A stretch of 64,000 nt of DNA, from the NCBI GenBank assembly GCA_963817385.1, contig CAWFOM010000014.1, positions 17,811 to 81,810 of the forward strand. The letters run 5' to 3'. Positions within the stretch are counted from its first letter, which is position 1, and every line of letters begins with the position of its first letter. The notes beneath the pieces are model-generated. The model saw only the letters and a list, made by a program, of their open reading frames with translations. It did not search any database and had not been told where the DNA came from. The translations under genes and the position numbers were made by a program. This stretch comes from an uncultured delta proteobacterium (GTDB lineage Bacteria > Desulfobacterota > Syntrophia > Syntrophales > UBA5619). This document shows, in pieces, positions 31,500-40,953 of the stretch.

Positions 31500-32891
31500 A
31501 TGTCACAGAATTTACGATATTACAGCACCAACCGTCACCTGGATCAGGTCGCCGGCATCACCCCGTTTAGGGAGACGGTTTCCTTCCGGGAAGCCCTCCT
31601 GATGGGACAGGCCCCCGACGAGGGGCTCTTCATGCCCGAACAGATCCCGGTCATCACCGTCGATGCCTTCAAGGCCCTGAAAGGGGCGCCGTACACCGAG
31701 GCCGCCATGCTCGTGACGGAGAGCTTTCTTGCAGAGGAGATCCCCGCGGAAACGCTCCGGCGGATCATTGATGACGCCTACAGCTACCCGGTGCCGCTGG
31801 AGAATGTTTATGCCCGCAAATACATCATGCGCCTCGATCAGGGACCGACGGCATCCTTCAAGGATTTCGCCGCCCGGATGATGGCCCGCCTCATGAGCGC
31901 TTTCCGCGATCCGGGAAAGCGCCTGAACATCCTGGTGGCCACCTCGGGTGACACGGGAAGCGCCGTGGGCGACGCATTCCGCGGGGTGGAGGGGATCGAC
32001 GTGACGATCCTCTACCCGCGGGATGAGGTGAGCGGCCGGCAGAAGAAGCAGCTCGATACGATCGGCCAAAACGTCCGGGCCGTCTCCGTGGACGCGAAAT
32101 TCGACGACTGCCAGAATCTTGTCAAGCAGGCGTTCTCCGACCCGGCCTTCAAAGGCTTTAACCTGACCTCGGCCAACTCGATCAATTTTGGGCGGATACT
32201 CCCGCAGATCATCTACTATGTCTACGCCTGGGCGCAACTTGCACGGGAAACGGAACCGGCCGTCTTCTCGGTCCCTTCGGGCAACTTCGGCGACGCCCTC
32301 GGTTGCGAATACGCGCGGCGGATGGGCCTTCCCGTGGAGAAACTCGTCATGCCGACGAATGAGAACGACGAATTCCCCCGCTTCCTGGAAACCGGCCGCT
32401 ATGAAAAGATCTCCCCGTCGCGGGCCTGTCTGTCGAACGCGATGAATGTCGGGCATCCCAGCAACCTCGCCCGCTTCTTCGACCTCTACGGCGGGACCGT
32501 GGACAGGGCCGGAGTCGTCCACCGTATCCCGGACATCGAGGAGATGAAGCGGCACATCTACTCCGTGAGCATCTCCGACCGGGAGACGAAAAAGACGATC
32601 AAGAGGATCTACGACCAGTACAAAGTGCTCCTGGAACCCCACGGCGCGGTGGGGTGGCGCGGGCTCGAAGTCTACCTTGAACTCTTCGGCGACGCTCCAC
32701 TCTGCATCTGCCTGGAGACGGCGCACCCGGCAAAATTCCCCGATGAGATCCGGGAACTCCTGGGGATCAACCCCGATCTCCCGCAGAGCATGAAGGACAT
32801 CGACGAGCGGTCGGGGCACCCGGTCTTCATCAGCGCCGATTATAATGAATTCAGGACCTATCTGAAGAAACACCTGCGGGTCACGGGTTGA
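31500..32891 (+). CDS. thrC: Threonine synthase
   Basis: GQAPDEGLFMP, GPTASFKDF (PLP Lys), ATSGDTG, SANSINFGR, VPSGNFGD, ETAHPAKF. Confidence 0.95.
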   Translation: MSQNLRYYSTNRHLDQVAGITPFRETVSFREALLMGQAPDEGLFMPEQIPVITVDAFKALKGAPYTEAAMLVTESFLAEEIPAETLRRIIDDAYSYPVPLENVYARKYIMRLDQGPTASFKDFAARMMARLMSAFRDPGKRLNILVATSGDTGSAVGDAFRGVEGIDVTILYPRDEVSGRQKKQLDTIGQNVRAVSVDAKFDDCQNLVKQAFSDPAFKGFNLTSANSINFGRILPQIIYYVYAWAQLARETEPAVFSVPSGNFGDALGCEYARRMGLPVEKLVMPTNENDEFPRFLETGRYEKISPSRACLSNAMNVGHPSNLARFFDLYGGTVDRAGVVHRIPDIEEMKRHIYSVSISDRETKKTIKRIYDQYKVLLEPHGAVGWRGLEVYLELFGDAPLCICLETAHPAKFPDEIRELLGINPDLPQSMKDIDERSGHPVFISADYNEFRTYLKKHLRVTG

Positions 32892-32952
32892 AATTTTCGC
32901 TCAATTTCCTTGCCCATGATTGATGCTGACCTCCGTGTTGCATACGGAGGGA

Positions 32953-34659
32953 CTAACGCGTCATGACAAGCTTCTGTTCCGCCTCGGGAACGTACCACTT
33001 GATAAAGTTCCAGCCGATCCCGAGAGGCGCGACCTCGACCCCCCGGAAGCGGGCATGGACGATCGGGAGCGCATCGGGAACGTAGAGGAACAGATAGGGC
33101 TGCTCATCGGCCAGGATCTCCTGGATCCGGTCGTAGCAGCGCTTCCGGAGCTTCTGGTCGAAGGTCTCCCGCGCTTTCACGATCAGGGCATCCACTTCCT
33201 CATTCTTATAGGAAACGAAGTTAAGCTCCTGCGGCCCCGTCTTGCTGGAATGCCAGACGTCGTAGAGGTCCGGCTCCATCGGGATTGTCCAGCCCAGGAT
33301 CGTCGCATCGAACTTCCTCTTGTTGATGAAATCGTTCACGAAGGCGGCCCACTCGACGACCCGGATCTTCACCCGGACGCCGACCTCGGCCAGGCGCCGC
33401 TGAATGATCTCGGCACACTTCGAGCGGATCTCGTTTCCCTGGTTGGTGATGATCTCGAACTCGAACGGCCGTCCTTCCTTCTCGATGATCCCGTCGCCGT
33501 TCGCATCAGCCCACCCGGCCTCGGCGAGAAGCGCCTTCGCCTTTGCCGGATCGTGAGGATAGGCGCGGACATTCGGGTTGTAGGCCCAGGTCCCCGGTTT
33601 GTATGGCCCGGTGGCGGGCTTTCCCAGGCCGAGGAGGACGCCGTCGATGATCTCCTCCCGGTTGACCGCATGGGCGATCGCCTGCCGGATGCGCTTATCG
33701 GTAAAGAGGGGGTTCTTCAGGTTGTAGCCGAGATAGGTGTAGGCAAAGGAGAGATAGCGGAATTTGTTGTAGTTCTTCTTGAAGAGGTTGTTCTCCGTCT
33801 GGCGGGTGTACTGGAGCGGTGTCAGCCCCATCTGATCGATCCCGTTCGCCCGGAGCTCCAGGAACATCGTCGCCGTATCGGGGATGATTCGCATGATGTA
33901 GCCGTCGATGTACGGCCGCCCTTCGAAATAGTCGGGGTTGGAAACGAGGACGATTTTCTGGCCCGTCACCCACTCTTTGAATTTGTAAGGTCCCGTCCCG
34001 ATCGGACGCCGGCCGAGGGGCGAGGTGGTGATATCCTTCCCCGCGAGGAGGTGCTTCGGCAGGATGCCGACCGACCAGCTCATCAGCGCGGGGGCGAAGG
34101 GTTTTTCATAGGTCGCCCGGAAGGTATGATCGTCAAGGACTTCGGCCTTCTTCACCTTGAGGAAGTCGCCGGCGTAGGCGGTGGGCGTCTTGGGATCGAC
34201 GGTGACCTGATAGGTGTAGAGGACATCCTCCGCGGTGAAGGGACGGCCGTCGTGCCAGCGAACGCCCTTGCGCAGGTGAAAGGTGATGACGAGACCGTCC
34301 TTGGAGATCTCCCAGGATTCGGCGAGATCGCCCACGACGTTCACATCCTTGTCGTACTTGATGAGGCCGTTGAAGATCATCCCCGCGATCTGATGGGAGG
34401 TGGAATCGGACGAGAGCAGCGGGATGAGGTTCGACGCGTCGCCGATGGAGCCCTCGACCATGATGTCCCCGTATGCCGGGGCGGCAGCCGCGCTCCCGGC
34501 GGGGGCGCGCCGCGGCTCCTCCGGGCCGCAGGCCGTCGCGGCCAGGGCGAGAAGAACGATCGATATCCGAATGAGACGGCCAAGAGGTTTCACGGCGGTC
34601 ACGGCGTGCTTCTGACAGACCTCCGCGGCTTCGCGATCAGGATGATTTCTGCGGTGCAT
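32953..34659 (-). CDS. Peptide ABC transporter substrate-binding lipoprotein (family 5)
   Basis: Lipobox ATAC, GDLAESW, LRKGVRWHDG, PIGTGPYKF. True start probably about 20 codons downstream of the ORF start. Confidence 0.92.
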   Translation of the reverse strand: MHRRNHPDREAAEVCQKHAVTAVKPLGRLIRISIVLLALAATACGPEEPRRAPAGSAAAAPAYGDIMVEGSIGDASNLIPLLSSDSTSHQIAGMIFNGLIKYDKDVNVVGDLAESWEISKDGLVITFHLRKGVRWHDGRPFTAEDVLYTYQVTVDPKTPTAYAGDFLKVKKAEVLDDHTFRATYEKPFAPALMSWSVGILPKHLLAGKDITTSPLGRRPIGTGPYKFKEWVTGQKIVLVSNPDYFEGRPYIDGYIMRIIPDTATMFLELRANGIDQMGLTPLQYTRQTENNLFKKNYNKFRYLSFAYTYLGYNLKNPLFTDKRIRQAIAHAVNREEIIDGVLLGLGKPATGPYKPGTWAYNPNVRAYPHDPAKAKALLAEAGWADANGDGIIEKEGRPFEFEIITNQGNEIRSKCAEIIQRRLAEVGVRVKIRVVEWAAFVNDFINKRKFDATILGWTIPMEPDLYDVWHSSKTGPQELNFVSYKNEEVDALIVKARETFDQKLRKRCYDRIQEILADEQPYLFLYVPDALPIVHARFRGVEVAPLGIGWNFIKWYVPEAEQKLVMTR

Positions 34660-34676
34660 CTCCCGGCGCTCTCCGT

Positions 34677-35144
34677 CTAAGGTTTCCGTTTCGCGCCGGA
34701 CATGAGGGTACGGAGGATGTCCTCCTTGCCGATGATGCCGACCAGCCAGCCTTGCTCCAGAACCGGCACCGTATGGATACTATGCTTCACCATCAGCGTG
34801 GCGATATCCTCCAGACCGGCGTCCGGATCGACCGTCAGGGGATCGGGGGTCATGGCTTCGGAAACTGTTGTGGCCGCCATCTTCTTGATTTCGTTTTCAA
34901 TCTGCTGCGACGAGGTCAACGGGATCGTGCTGTCGAGAAGGATAAAGAAGGAAGGCAGAGGGATCTTTCTCTGCTGGGCCATCAGATCGGACTGGCAGAT
35001 GATTCCCTTCAGATGCCCTTCCCTGTCAACCACCGGCAAACCGCTCAAGTGTTTCTCAAGCATTAAATTCGCCGCCTGGACGATCTCCGTCTCGGGGTAA
35101 ACGGTAACTACTTCCCTGGTCATGATATCCTTGGCTTTCAGCAT
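34677..35144 (-). CDS. CBS-domain pair protein
   Basis: AKDIMT...SGLPVVD...GII and VSEAMT...TVPVL...VGIIG repeats. Confidence 0.92.
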   Translation of the reverse strand: MLKAKDIMTREVVTVYPETEIVQAANLMLEKHLSGLPVVDREGHLKGIICQSDLMAQQRKIPLPSFFILLDSTIPLTSSQQIENEIKKMAATTVSEAMTPDPLTVDPDAGLEDIATLMVKHSIHTVPVLEQGWLVGIIGKEDILRTLMSGAKRKP

Positions 35145-35213
35145 AGATGCTCCTTTTTTGCCGTAATTCTACCCCCGAACGCAGCCGAAATCCACTGTTT
35201 GATTTTCCGCCGG

Positions 35214-35777
35214 TCAGCCCCTCAATTTTTTCCCCGCGCCCCACGCCTTGCCCGCTTCATCCCCCACCAGCCAGTACCGATTATCCGGCATCGAAAGGGT
35301 GAACGGCCTGATCTTCCGGATATCCGGCTTCCCTTCCGTCACGCAATCGGCATCCGCATACGCCCCGACGATCTCCCCGATGAAGAGCTCATTGGTAGCC
35401 AGTTCCACAACTCGGACCACCTTGCATTCCATGGTGATGGGACACTCCTCGATCATGGGAGCACCGGTGTGTTCACCGAAGGCGACATCGAAGAGCTTCG
35501 CCTTGTCCTCATCCCTGCCGGAGACGAGCCCGCAGTAGTCGACCTTCGCCAAGAGATCGACGCCGGGGACATTCACGCTGAAAGCACCGGTGGCGTGGAT
35601 TCCGCGGTTTGTATAATGGGTCTTTCCCAGGGCGACGGCAATCATGGGAGGCTTGGAGTTCACCCTCGTCACCCAGCCGACCGCCATGAAGTTCGGATGA
35701 TCATCTACCATCGTTCCCACCACGACCATCGGCATCGGGTAGGGAAAGGCATTCTCATCTATTTTCTTTTTCATCAT
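35214..35777 (-). CDS. Flavin reductase family (flavoredoxin-like) protein
   Basis: YPMPMVVVG, NFMAVGW, FSVNVP, DYCGLVSG, APMIEECP; RBS GGAGGAGG before ATG 35777. Confidence 0.9.
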   Translation of the reverse strand: MMKKKIDENAFPYPMPMVVVGTMVDDHPNFMAVGWVTRVNSKPPMIAVALGKTHYTNRGIHATGAFSVNVPGVDLLAKVDYCGLVSGRDEDKAKLFDVAFGEHTGAPMIEECPITMECKVVRVVELATNELFIGEIVGAYADADCVTEGKPDIRKIRPFTLSMPDNRYWLVGDEAGKAWGAGKKLRG

Positions 35778-35900
35778 CTGTTCCTCCTCCTCTGAGTCGG
35801 ACGCGCGGCATGAACCTCGGCGCGGCTGCTGGCCGTACCATTCCCCGCGGTTGTTCACCGTTCCTATTGGTTCGTCCACGGACAGGTCGTCTTGATCACG
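35772..35900 (-). repeat. 129-bp diverged direct repeat, copy 1, containing a degenerate attC-like site (35796-35859)
   Basis: Ungapped alignment to 37818-37946, 103/129 identical by manual count. Confidence 0.8.
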
Positions 35901-36000
35901 CTTCGGTAGTTGGCGTCCAAAGATGACCCAAAGCGGCCAGGGCCGTGATGGGAGCTGCAAACAGCAGTTCGTGCCCACTGTAAAATACTATTTTCAGATG

Positions 36001-36159
36001 CTATTTTGTGATTCGTGATAAAAGAAAAAATGAGATGATAAAAAAACCGATAACGATGATCAGGAACAATACACCATACTGATACAGTTGCTCCAAGCCG
36101 TCGTACCAGGCTATGATCTGGTCAAAATATCGATGATATAGATCCTTGAGTTTTTCCAT
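36001..36159 (-). CDS. Small single-pass membrane protein (52 aa)
   Basis: Manual translation MEKLKDLYHRYFDQIIAWYDGLEQLYQYGVLFLIIVIGFFIISFFLLSRITK; AAGGTG upstream; below the ORF-track cutoff. Confidence 0.6.
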   Translation of the reverse strand: MEKLKDLYHRYFDQIIAWYDGLEQLYQYGVLFLIIVIGFFIISFFLLSRITK

Positions 36160-36713
36160 CACCTTATCTTTTGGATAGAATTGTCATGATGCCTGGAGCA
36201 TGTATGGCATCGGTCCGTATAGAACCGGACAGATAAATCACATGATTCCCCTTTTTCAAAATCCATCGATCATTGATATCGGCAAGAAAAAGGAGGTGCT
36301 GGGAGACCATTTATGATCCCCCAGCAAGTAAGAAATGAAAAAATGGGAAAACTGATTAATCGATGAATCGCTTTACTGTCTGCTATCCGTGCCCGTTCCG
36401 TTCAGCTAACAGTTTGTCTTCATGAATAGGTGTTACAGGATGTGTGCCAAAAGTGCATGAGACTACTTAACATACGAAAATATAATGGTAAATTAAGATT
36501 ATTGAGAAACGACAGGCGTGGTAATAGCGGAAAATTTTCGACATAAATTGCCGGCTACTATAGGAAATGTATCAGTAATCCCTATAATTGCATATAGTTA
36601 TTATATAACACTTCTTGCGTGGTATGCCGACAAAATTGTCGAAAGTCACCGTGAATTAGCATGAATATTTTTATTGAACGATAACCGATTTTCGGGAAGC
36701 TCTTCTTTCACTC

Positions 36714-37823
36714 TCAGCTCGTCGACGATAATAAATCTTTTTCAGACTTGACATGATCAATCTTGGTTTTCTTTGCCGACGCGAGTGCGGCATCCGCTCT
36801 TTCTATAACGGATTCCGTAGTATCACCCTCATGTATTTGCGAAACACCCAAACTGATAGTAAGTTTTTCTATTGATTTCCCCGTGCTCTTCAATTTGAGC
36901 TTTCTTTTGGATACAGCCTTAGCCAGATTATCTGCCAAGATTGAGGCGCTGTATAGGGTGGTCATAGGTAGCAGAAGGATAAATTCGTCACCGCCATATC
37001 GTCCCACAAAATCTTTACCTTTCGTATTTTCCTCTAACGTGGCGCTCACTATTTGCAAGGCCTCGTCACCGATCATGTGGCCATATTGATCATTGAATTG
37101 CTTGAATAAATTAATGTCGGTCATAATAACACTGAATATGGATCGATTCCTTTTAAATTCGTTATACAGTTCTTTCAGTTTCTTGGATAAGGCTCTTCTA
37201 TTAAAGAGGCCTGTCAGTGGATCTTTCAATAAATCCCGGTCGTTTTGCTCAATCTGTTTTTTGAGATTCTCCGCCTCGACCGTAATTATTTCAATCTTGC
37301 TCTGAAGTTCGATATTCGATTCTTCCACTTTCTTGGTGTCGATGATAATATCACTGATGATCTGCCTGACTTCTTCGATTTCATTGACTTTGCTCAAAGA
37401 TTGGGCATACTGGCCCAGTTTCTTATTGTATTCCGAGGTATCGTGTAGGCTTGATAAGACATTGATAATAAGGTCTTTCATCATTCTTACCGCGTTGTTC
37501 TCAATCAGCGAAATTATTCTCCCTCTATCAGCGTCCCGAAAATATTTATCATAAAGATCCCTGGTCAATTCAGTGTTGAGAAGTGTGCCGCTGTTTTTCT
37601 TCGCCTTGACATCCTTTTCAAGTTCTTCGTTGTCGCCTATATAATATTCAAACCATACTTTGTAGTTTTCCGGAGTTATGGGGATTTCTCTTTTGACCAT
37701 GAATGCAAAAACTTTTTGGGCAATCAACGCGGTATTCTGGAAGGTAACAGCGTCAATCTCATCCAGTTTATCTTCAACCTCTTCGGGGGTTAGTTGACAA
37801 TCCCCTTCTCTCTCCTTCATCAT
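36714..37823 (-). CDS. Diguanylate cyclase with N-terminal helical/coiled-coil region
   Basis: ITPENYKVWFEY N-terminal motif, coiled coil, DPLTGLFNRR, RYGGDEF; clearly AT-richer than its neighbours. Confidence 0.92.
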   Translation of the reverse strand: MMKEREGDCQLTPEEVEDKLDEIDAVTFQNTALIAQKVFAFMVKREIPITPENYKVWFEYYIGDNEELEKDVKAKKNSGTLLNTELTRDLYDKYFRDADRGRIISLIENNAVRMMKDLIINVLSSLHDTSEYNKKLGQYAQSLSKVNEIEEVRQIISDIIIDTKKVEESNIELQSKIEIITVEAENLKKQIEQNDRDLLKDPLTGLFNRRALSKKLKELYNEFKRNRSIFSVIMTDINLFKQFNDQYGHMIGDEALQIVSATLEENTKGKDFVGRYGGDEFILLLPMTTLYSASILADNLAKAVSKRKLKLKSTGKSIEKLTISLGVSQIHEGDTTESVIERADAALASAKKTKIDHVKSEKDLLSSTS

Positions 37824-37946
37824 CTGTTCCTCCTTCTCTTAGCCGGACGCACGGCAGAAACCTCGGAGCGGCTGCCCGCCGCAACGTTCCATACAGTTGT
37901 TCGGTATGCCTATTAGTTCTCCCACGGATAGATCGTCTTGATCACG
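37818..37946 (-). repeat. 129-bp diverged direct repeat, copy 2, containing a degenerate attC-like site (37842-37905)
   Basis: Matches 35772-35900; includes the tctA stop codon and the RBS and start of the GGDEF gene. Confidence 0.8.
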
Positions 37947-39447
37947 TTAAACCGCCCTGCAAAGAACGGTATTTCTTCCACATCTGCTTTGCCGCCGGCG
38001 TCAGCATGAGGAAAGCGGCAGCCGCGAGCAGGGATGCCGAAATGGGCCGGTTGACGAACGTCAGGAAGTCGCCCCCGGAAGCGATCAGGGATTGCTGGAG
38101 CGTCTTCTCCAGCATGGGACCGAGGATCATGGCCAGGATAAAGGGGGAAGCCGGAAAGGCGAACTTGCGCAACAGGTACCCCACGACGCCGAAAAACACC
38201 ATCATGCCGACGTCCCAGGTGGAGTTGTTCACGCTGTATGCCCCGATGACGCAAATGACAACGACAACCACCGCCAGGTACCGGTAGGGGACTTTCAGCA
38301 TCCGCACCCAAAGGCCGATGAGAGGCAGGTTGAGCCCCAGGAGCATGACATTACCGATATACATGGAGGCGATCACGCCCCAGAAGAGATCCGGATGCTC
38401 TTGGAGCAGGAGGGGCCCCGGCCGGATACCGTGGATCATCAAGGCAACGAAGATCATGGCGATCGACGCATTCCCCGGAATCCCCAGGGTCAACAGAGGA
38501 ATGAACGAGGAGGTGGAGGCAGCGTTGTTGGCCGCTTCGGGCGCGGCCACGCCCTCGATCGCCCCGCTGCCGAAACGCTCGGGATGCTTGGAAAGTCGCT
38601 TTTCCACGGCGTAGGCCGCAAAAGAACTGATGATGGCCCCTCCGCCGGGCAGTACCCCGATGAAAAATCCGAGGGCGGAGCCCCGCACCACCGAGGCCCA
38701 GCACTGCCGCCAGTCCCGACGGGTGGGGAGCAGCCCCTTGAGCGCCGTCTTGAAGATTTCCCGGTTCTCAGGGGCCTCCAGGTTGCAGAGGATCTCCGCC
38801 AGACCGAAGAGGCCCATGACCATCACCACGAAGTCGACGCCGTCCGTCAGCCGGCTCACGCCGAAGGTGAACCTCTGGCTTCCGGACACCGGATCGAGGC
38901 CGATGCTTCCCAGAAGGAGACCCAGGAGGCCCATCATCAGGCCCTTCAGGACCGATTCCTCGGAGAGATAGATCGCCATCATCAGGCCGAGGAGGACGAG
39001 ACAAAAGTACTCGGGGGGGCCGAATTTCAGGGCAAAGGCGGCAAGGGTCGGGGCCAGGATCGATACCCCCAGGAGGGCGAGCGAGCCGGCGATGAAGGAG
39101 CCCAGGGCCGAGATGCCCAGGGCCGCTCCGGCCCTTCCATTCCGGGCCATCTTGTAACCGTCCAGGCACGTTACAACCGAGGCCGCTTCCCCGGGGATGT
39201 TCAGCAGTATCGAAGTCGTGGAGCCGCCGTACATGGCGCCGTAGAATATGCCCGACAGCATGATCACCGCCGAGACCGGATCCATCTTGAAGGTCACCGG
39301 CAGCAGCAGCGCGATCGTTGCAGGAGGCCCGAGACCCGGCAGAACGCCGATAGCCGTGCCCAGGATCGCCCCGATCGCGCAGTAGAAGAGGTTCGACGCG
39401 GAGAGGGCCACGGCAAATCCGCCGGCAAGATGTTCGAAAAAATCCAT
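37942..39447 (-). CDS. tctA: Tripartite tricarboxylate transporter permease
   Basis: GVLPGLG, YGGSTTSILLNIPG, EAANNA, LTLGIPG; 501 aa. Confidence 0.95.
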   Translation of the reverse strand: MDFFEHLAGGFAVALSASNLFYCAIGAILGTAIGVLPGLGPPATIALLLPVTFKMDPVSAVIMLSGIFYGAMYGGSTTSILLNIPGEAASVVTCLDGYKMARNGRAGAALGISALGSFIAGSLALLGVSILAPTLAAFALKFGPPEYFCLVLLGLMMAIYLSEESVLKGLMMGLLGLLLGSIGLDPVSGSQRFTFGVSRLTDGVDFVVMVMGLFGLAEILCNLEAPENREIFKTALKGLLPTRRDWRQCWASVVRGSALGFFIGVLPGGGAIISSFAAYAVEKRLSKHPERFGSGAIEGVAAPEAANNAASTSSFIPLLTLGIPGNASIAMIFVALMIHGIRPGPLLLQEHPDLFWGVIASMYIGNVMLLGLNLPLIGLWVRMLKVPYRYLAVVVVVICVIGAYSVNNSTWDVGMMVFFGVVGYLLRKFAFPASPFILAMILGPMLEKTLQQSLIASGGDFLTFVNRPISASLLAAAAFLMLTPAAKQMWKKYRSLQGGLT

Positions 39448-39456
39448 GGCTTCCTC

Positions 39457-39906
39457 TTACCCGAAGGCCGCCAGCAGCCCGAGAGGCAGGGTCACCCCCA
39501 ACAGGCGATCGAAGATCAGATAGCTCGCGACCGCCAGGATCAGGCTTATAAGGACGAGCACCCGCGGTTTCGTTTCCAGAACCTTCAGGACCACGGCCGA
39601 AAGGAGCGCCGTGGTGATGACATATCCCACCGTCTCCATCGCGGCCACGTACAGGATCAGCGCCAGAACGACAACGGCGGGGCCTCCCAGCCTGCCGAAG
39701 GCGTGGCTCTCGCCCGCCCGTCCGCTCCAGGCTTTAAAGAGGAATACCGCGGAAAGCGCGATCAGAATCACCCCGTCCCAAAACGGGAAGAAGCCGGGCT
39801 GCGGCTCGGTGGGCGCCCCGATCCCCAGCTTGACGGCGCCGACCGCAAAGCCGATTCCGATTGCCAGGAAACTAAGCCCTGCGACGATTTCTCCCGGTTT
39901 CCGCAT
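39457..39906 (-). CDS. tctB: Tripartite tricarboxylate transporter small subunit
   Basis: Four TM segments, PGFFP motif, LGVTLPLG end; lies between tctC and tctA. Confidence 0.9.
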   Translation of the reverse strand: MRKPGEIVAGLSFLAIGIGFAVGAVKLGIGAPTEPQPGFFPFWDGVILIALSAVFLFKAWSGRAGESHAFGRLGGPAVVVLALILYVAAMETVGYVITTALLSAVVLKVLETKPRVLVLISLILAVASYLIFDRLLGVTLPLGLLAAFG

Positions 39907-39934
39907 ATTCCCCCCACCGACCGGATCGGTCGCT

Positions 39935-40909
39935 CTATTTCTTCAGGGACTTACCGAGTTCCCTCTGGTTTTCGAACTCTTCCCGCCAAAGCTTGCCGAA
40001 TTCGTCGGGGCCGAGGTACTGGATTTCATCCCCAAATTGCTTGATCATGCTGATGACCGACTTGTCCTCGGTCATCTGCTTGAAGGCAAGAGCCAGTTTG
40101 TCGATCACGGGGCGGGGGGTGCCCTTGGGCGCCAGAACGGCCCGCCACATCAGGTTCACCACGTCCACCCCTTCTTCCTTGGCAGTGGGAACGTCGGGCA
40201 GTTTTTCTTCCCGCTTGGTGTCGAGGACTGCCAGGGCGCGGAGCTTTCCCGATCTGATGTGGGGAAGAAGGGCTGTGACCAACCCCCCCGTCACATCCGC
40301 ATGCCCACCCAGGACTGCCAGAAGAGCGGGGCCGCCGCCATCGTAGGGTACGTTCTTCGTTTTGATGCCGGTTTCTTTACCGATCATCTTCCAGGGAAGA
40401 TCGGCCTGGCCCCAAGGTCCGGTATTGCCGAAGATCAATTTGTCGGGGTTGGCTTTGGCATATGCCAGCATCTCCTTGAAGGTTTTGAACGGCAGATCGG
40501 GACGCGAGGCGATGATGGTCGGACTGTAGTTGATCCGGCAGACGGCCATGAGATCGTCCGGCCCCTTGGAACGGCCTTCAACGGCGGGATAGGTGGTGCT
40601 CCATCCCATGCCGCCGAAGAGCAGGGTGTAGCCGTCGGGAGCTGCTTTGGCCACGATCTCGGAGCCGATGGCGCCGCCGCCGCCGGGCTTGAGTTGAATG
40701 ATGATCGGTTGTCCAAGGTAGTTCATCGCCACACTGGTGACGGCGCGCGCCGTCAGATCGTGAGATCCGCCCGCCCCCACCGGGATAATGAGGGTCACGG
40801 GCTTGGTCGGGAACTCCGCCCCTGCGGCGGTCCGCACCGGCGTCCCGACTGAACCGGCGAACAGGATCAGGCCGGCCAACATTACCGCTGAAAGAAAGTG
40901 CTTGCTCAT
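39935..40909 (-). CDS. tctC: Tripartite tricarboxylate transporter substrate-binding protein (TctC/Bug)
   Basis: FPTKPVTLIIP..AGG..D, APDGYTL, VPYDGGG, LPDVPT. Confidence 0.93.
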   Translation of the reverse strand: MSKHFLSAVMLAGLILFAGSVGTPVRTAAGAEFPTKPVTLIIPVGAGGSHDLTARAVTSVAMNYLGQPIIIQLKPGGGGAIGSEIVAKAAPDGYTLLFGGMGWSTTYPAVEGRSKGPDDLMAVCRINYSPTIIASRPDLPFKTFKEMLAYAKANPDKLIFGNTGPWGQADLPWKMIGKETGIKTKNVPYDGGGPALLAVLGGHADVTGGLVTALLPHIRSGKLRALAVLDTKREEKLPDVPTAKEEGVDVVNLMWRAVLAPKGTPRPVIDKLALAFKQMTEDKSVISMIKQFGDEIQYLGPDEFGKLWREEFENQRELGKSLKK

Positions 40910-40953
40910 TTTCTCCCCTCCTTATGTTGAAATGATCACGGAAACCGCAAAAA

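Noticed and set aside
35778..35978. N-terminal extension of the flavin reductase ORF
   Set aside because: It reads through the repeated attC-like leader; the RBS points to ATG 35777.
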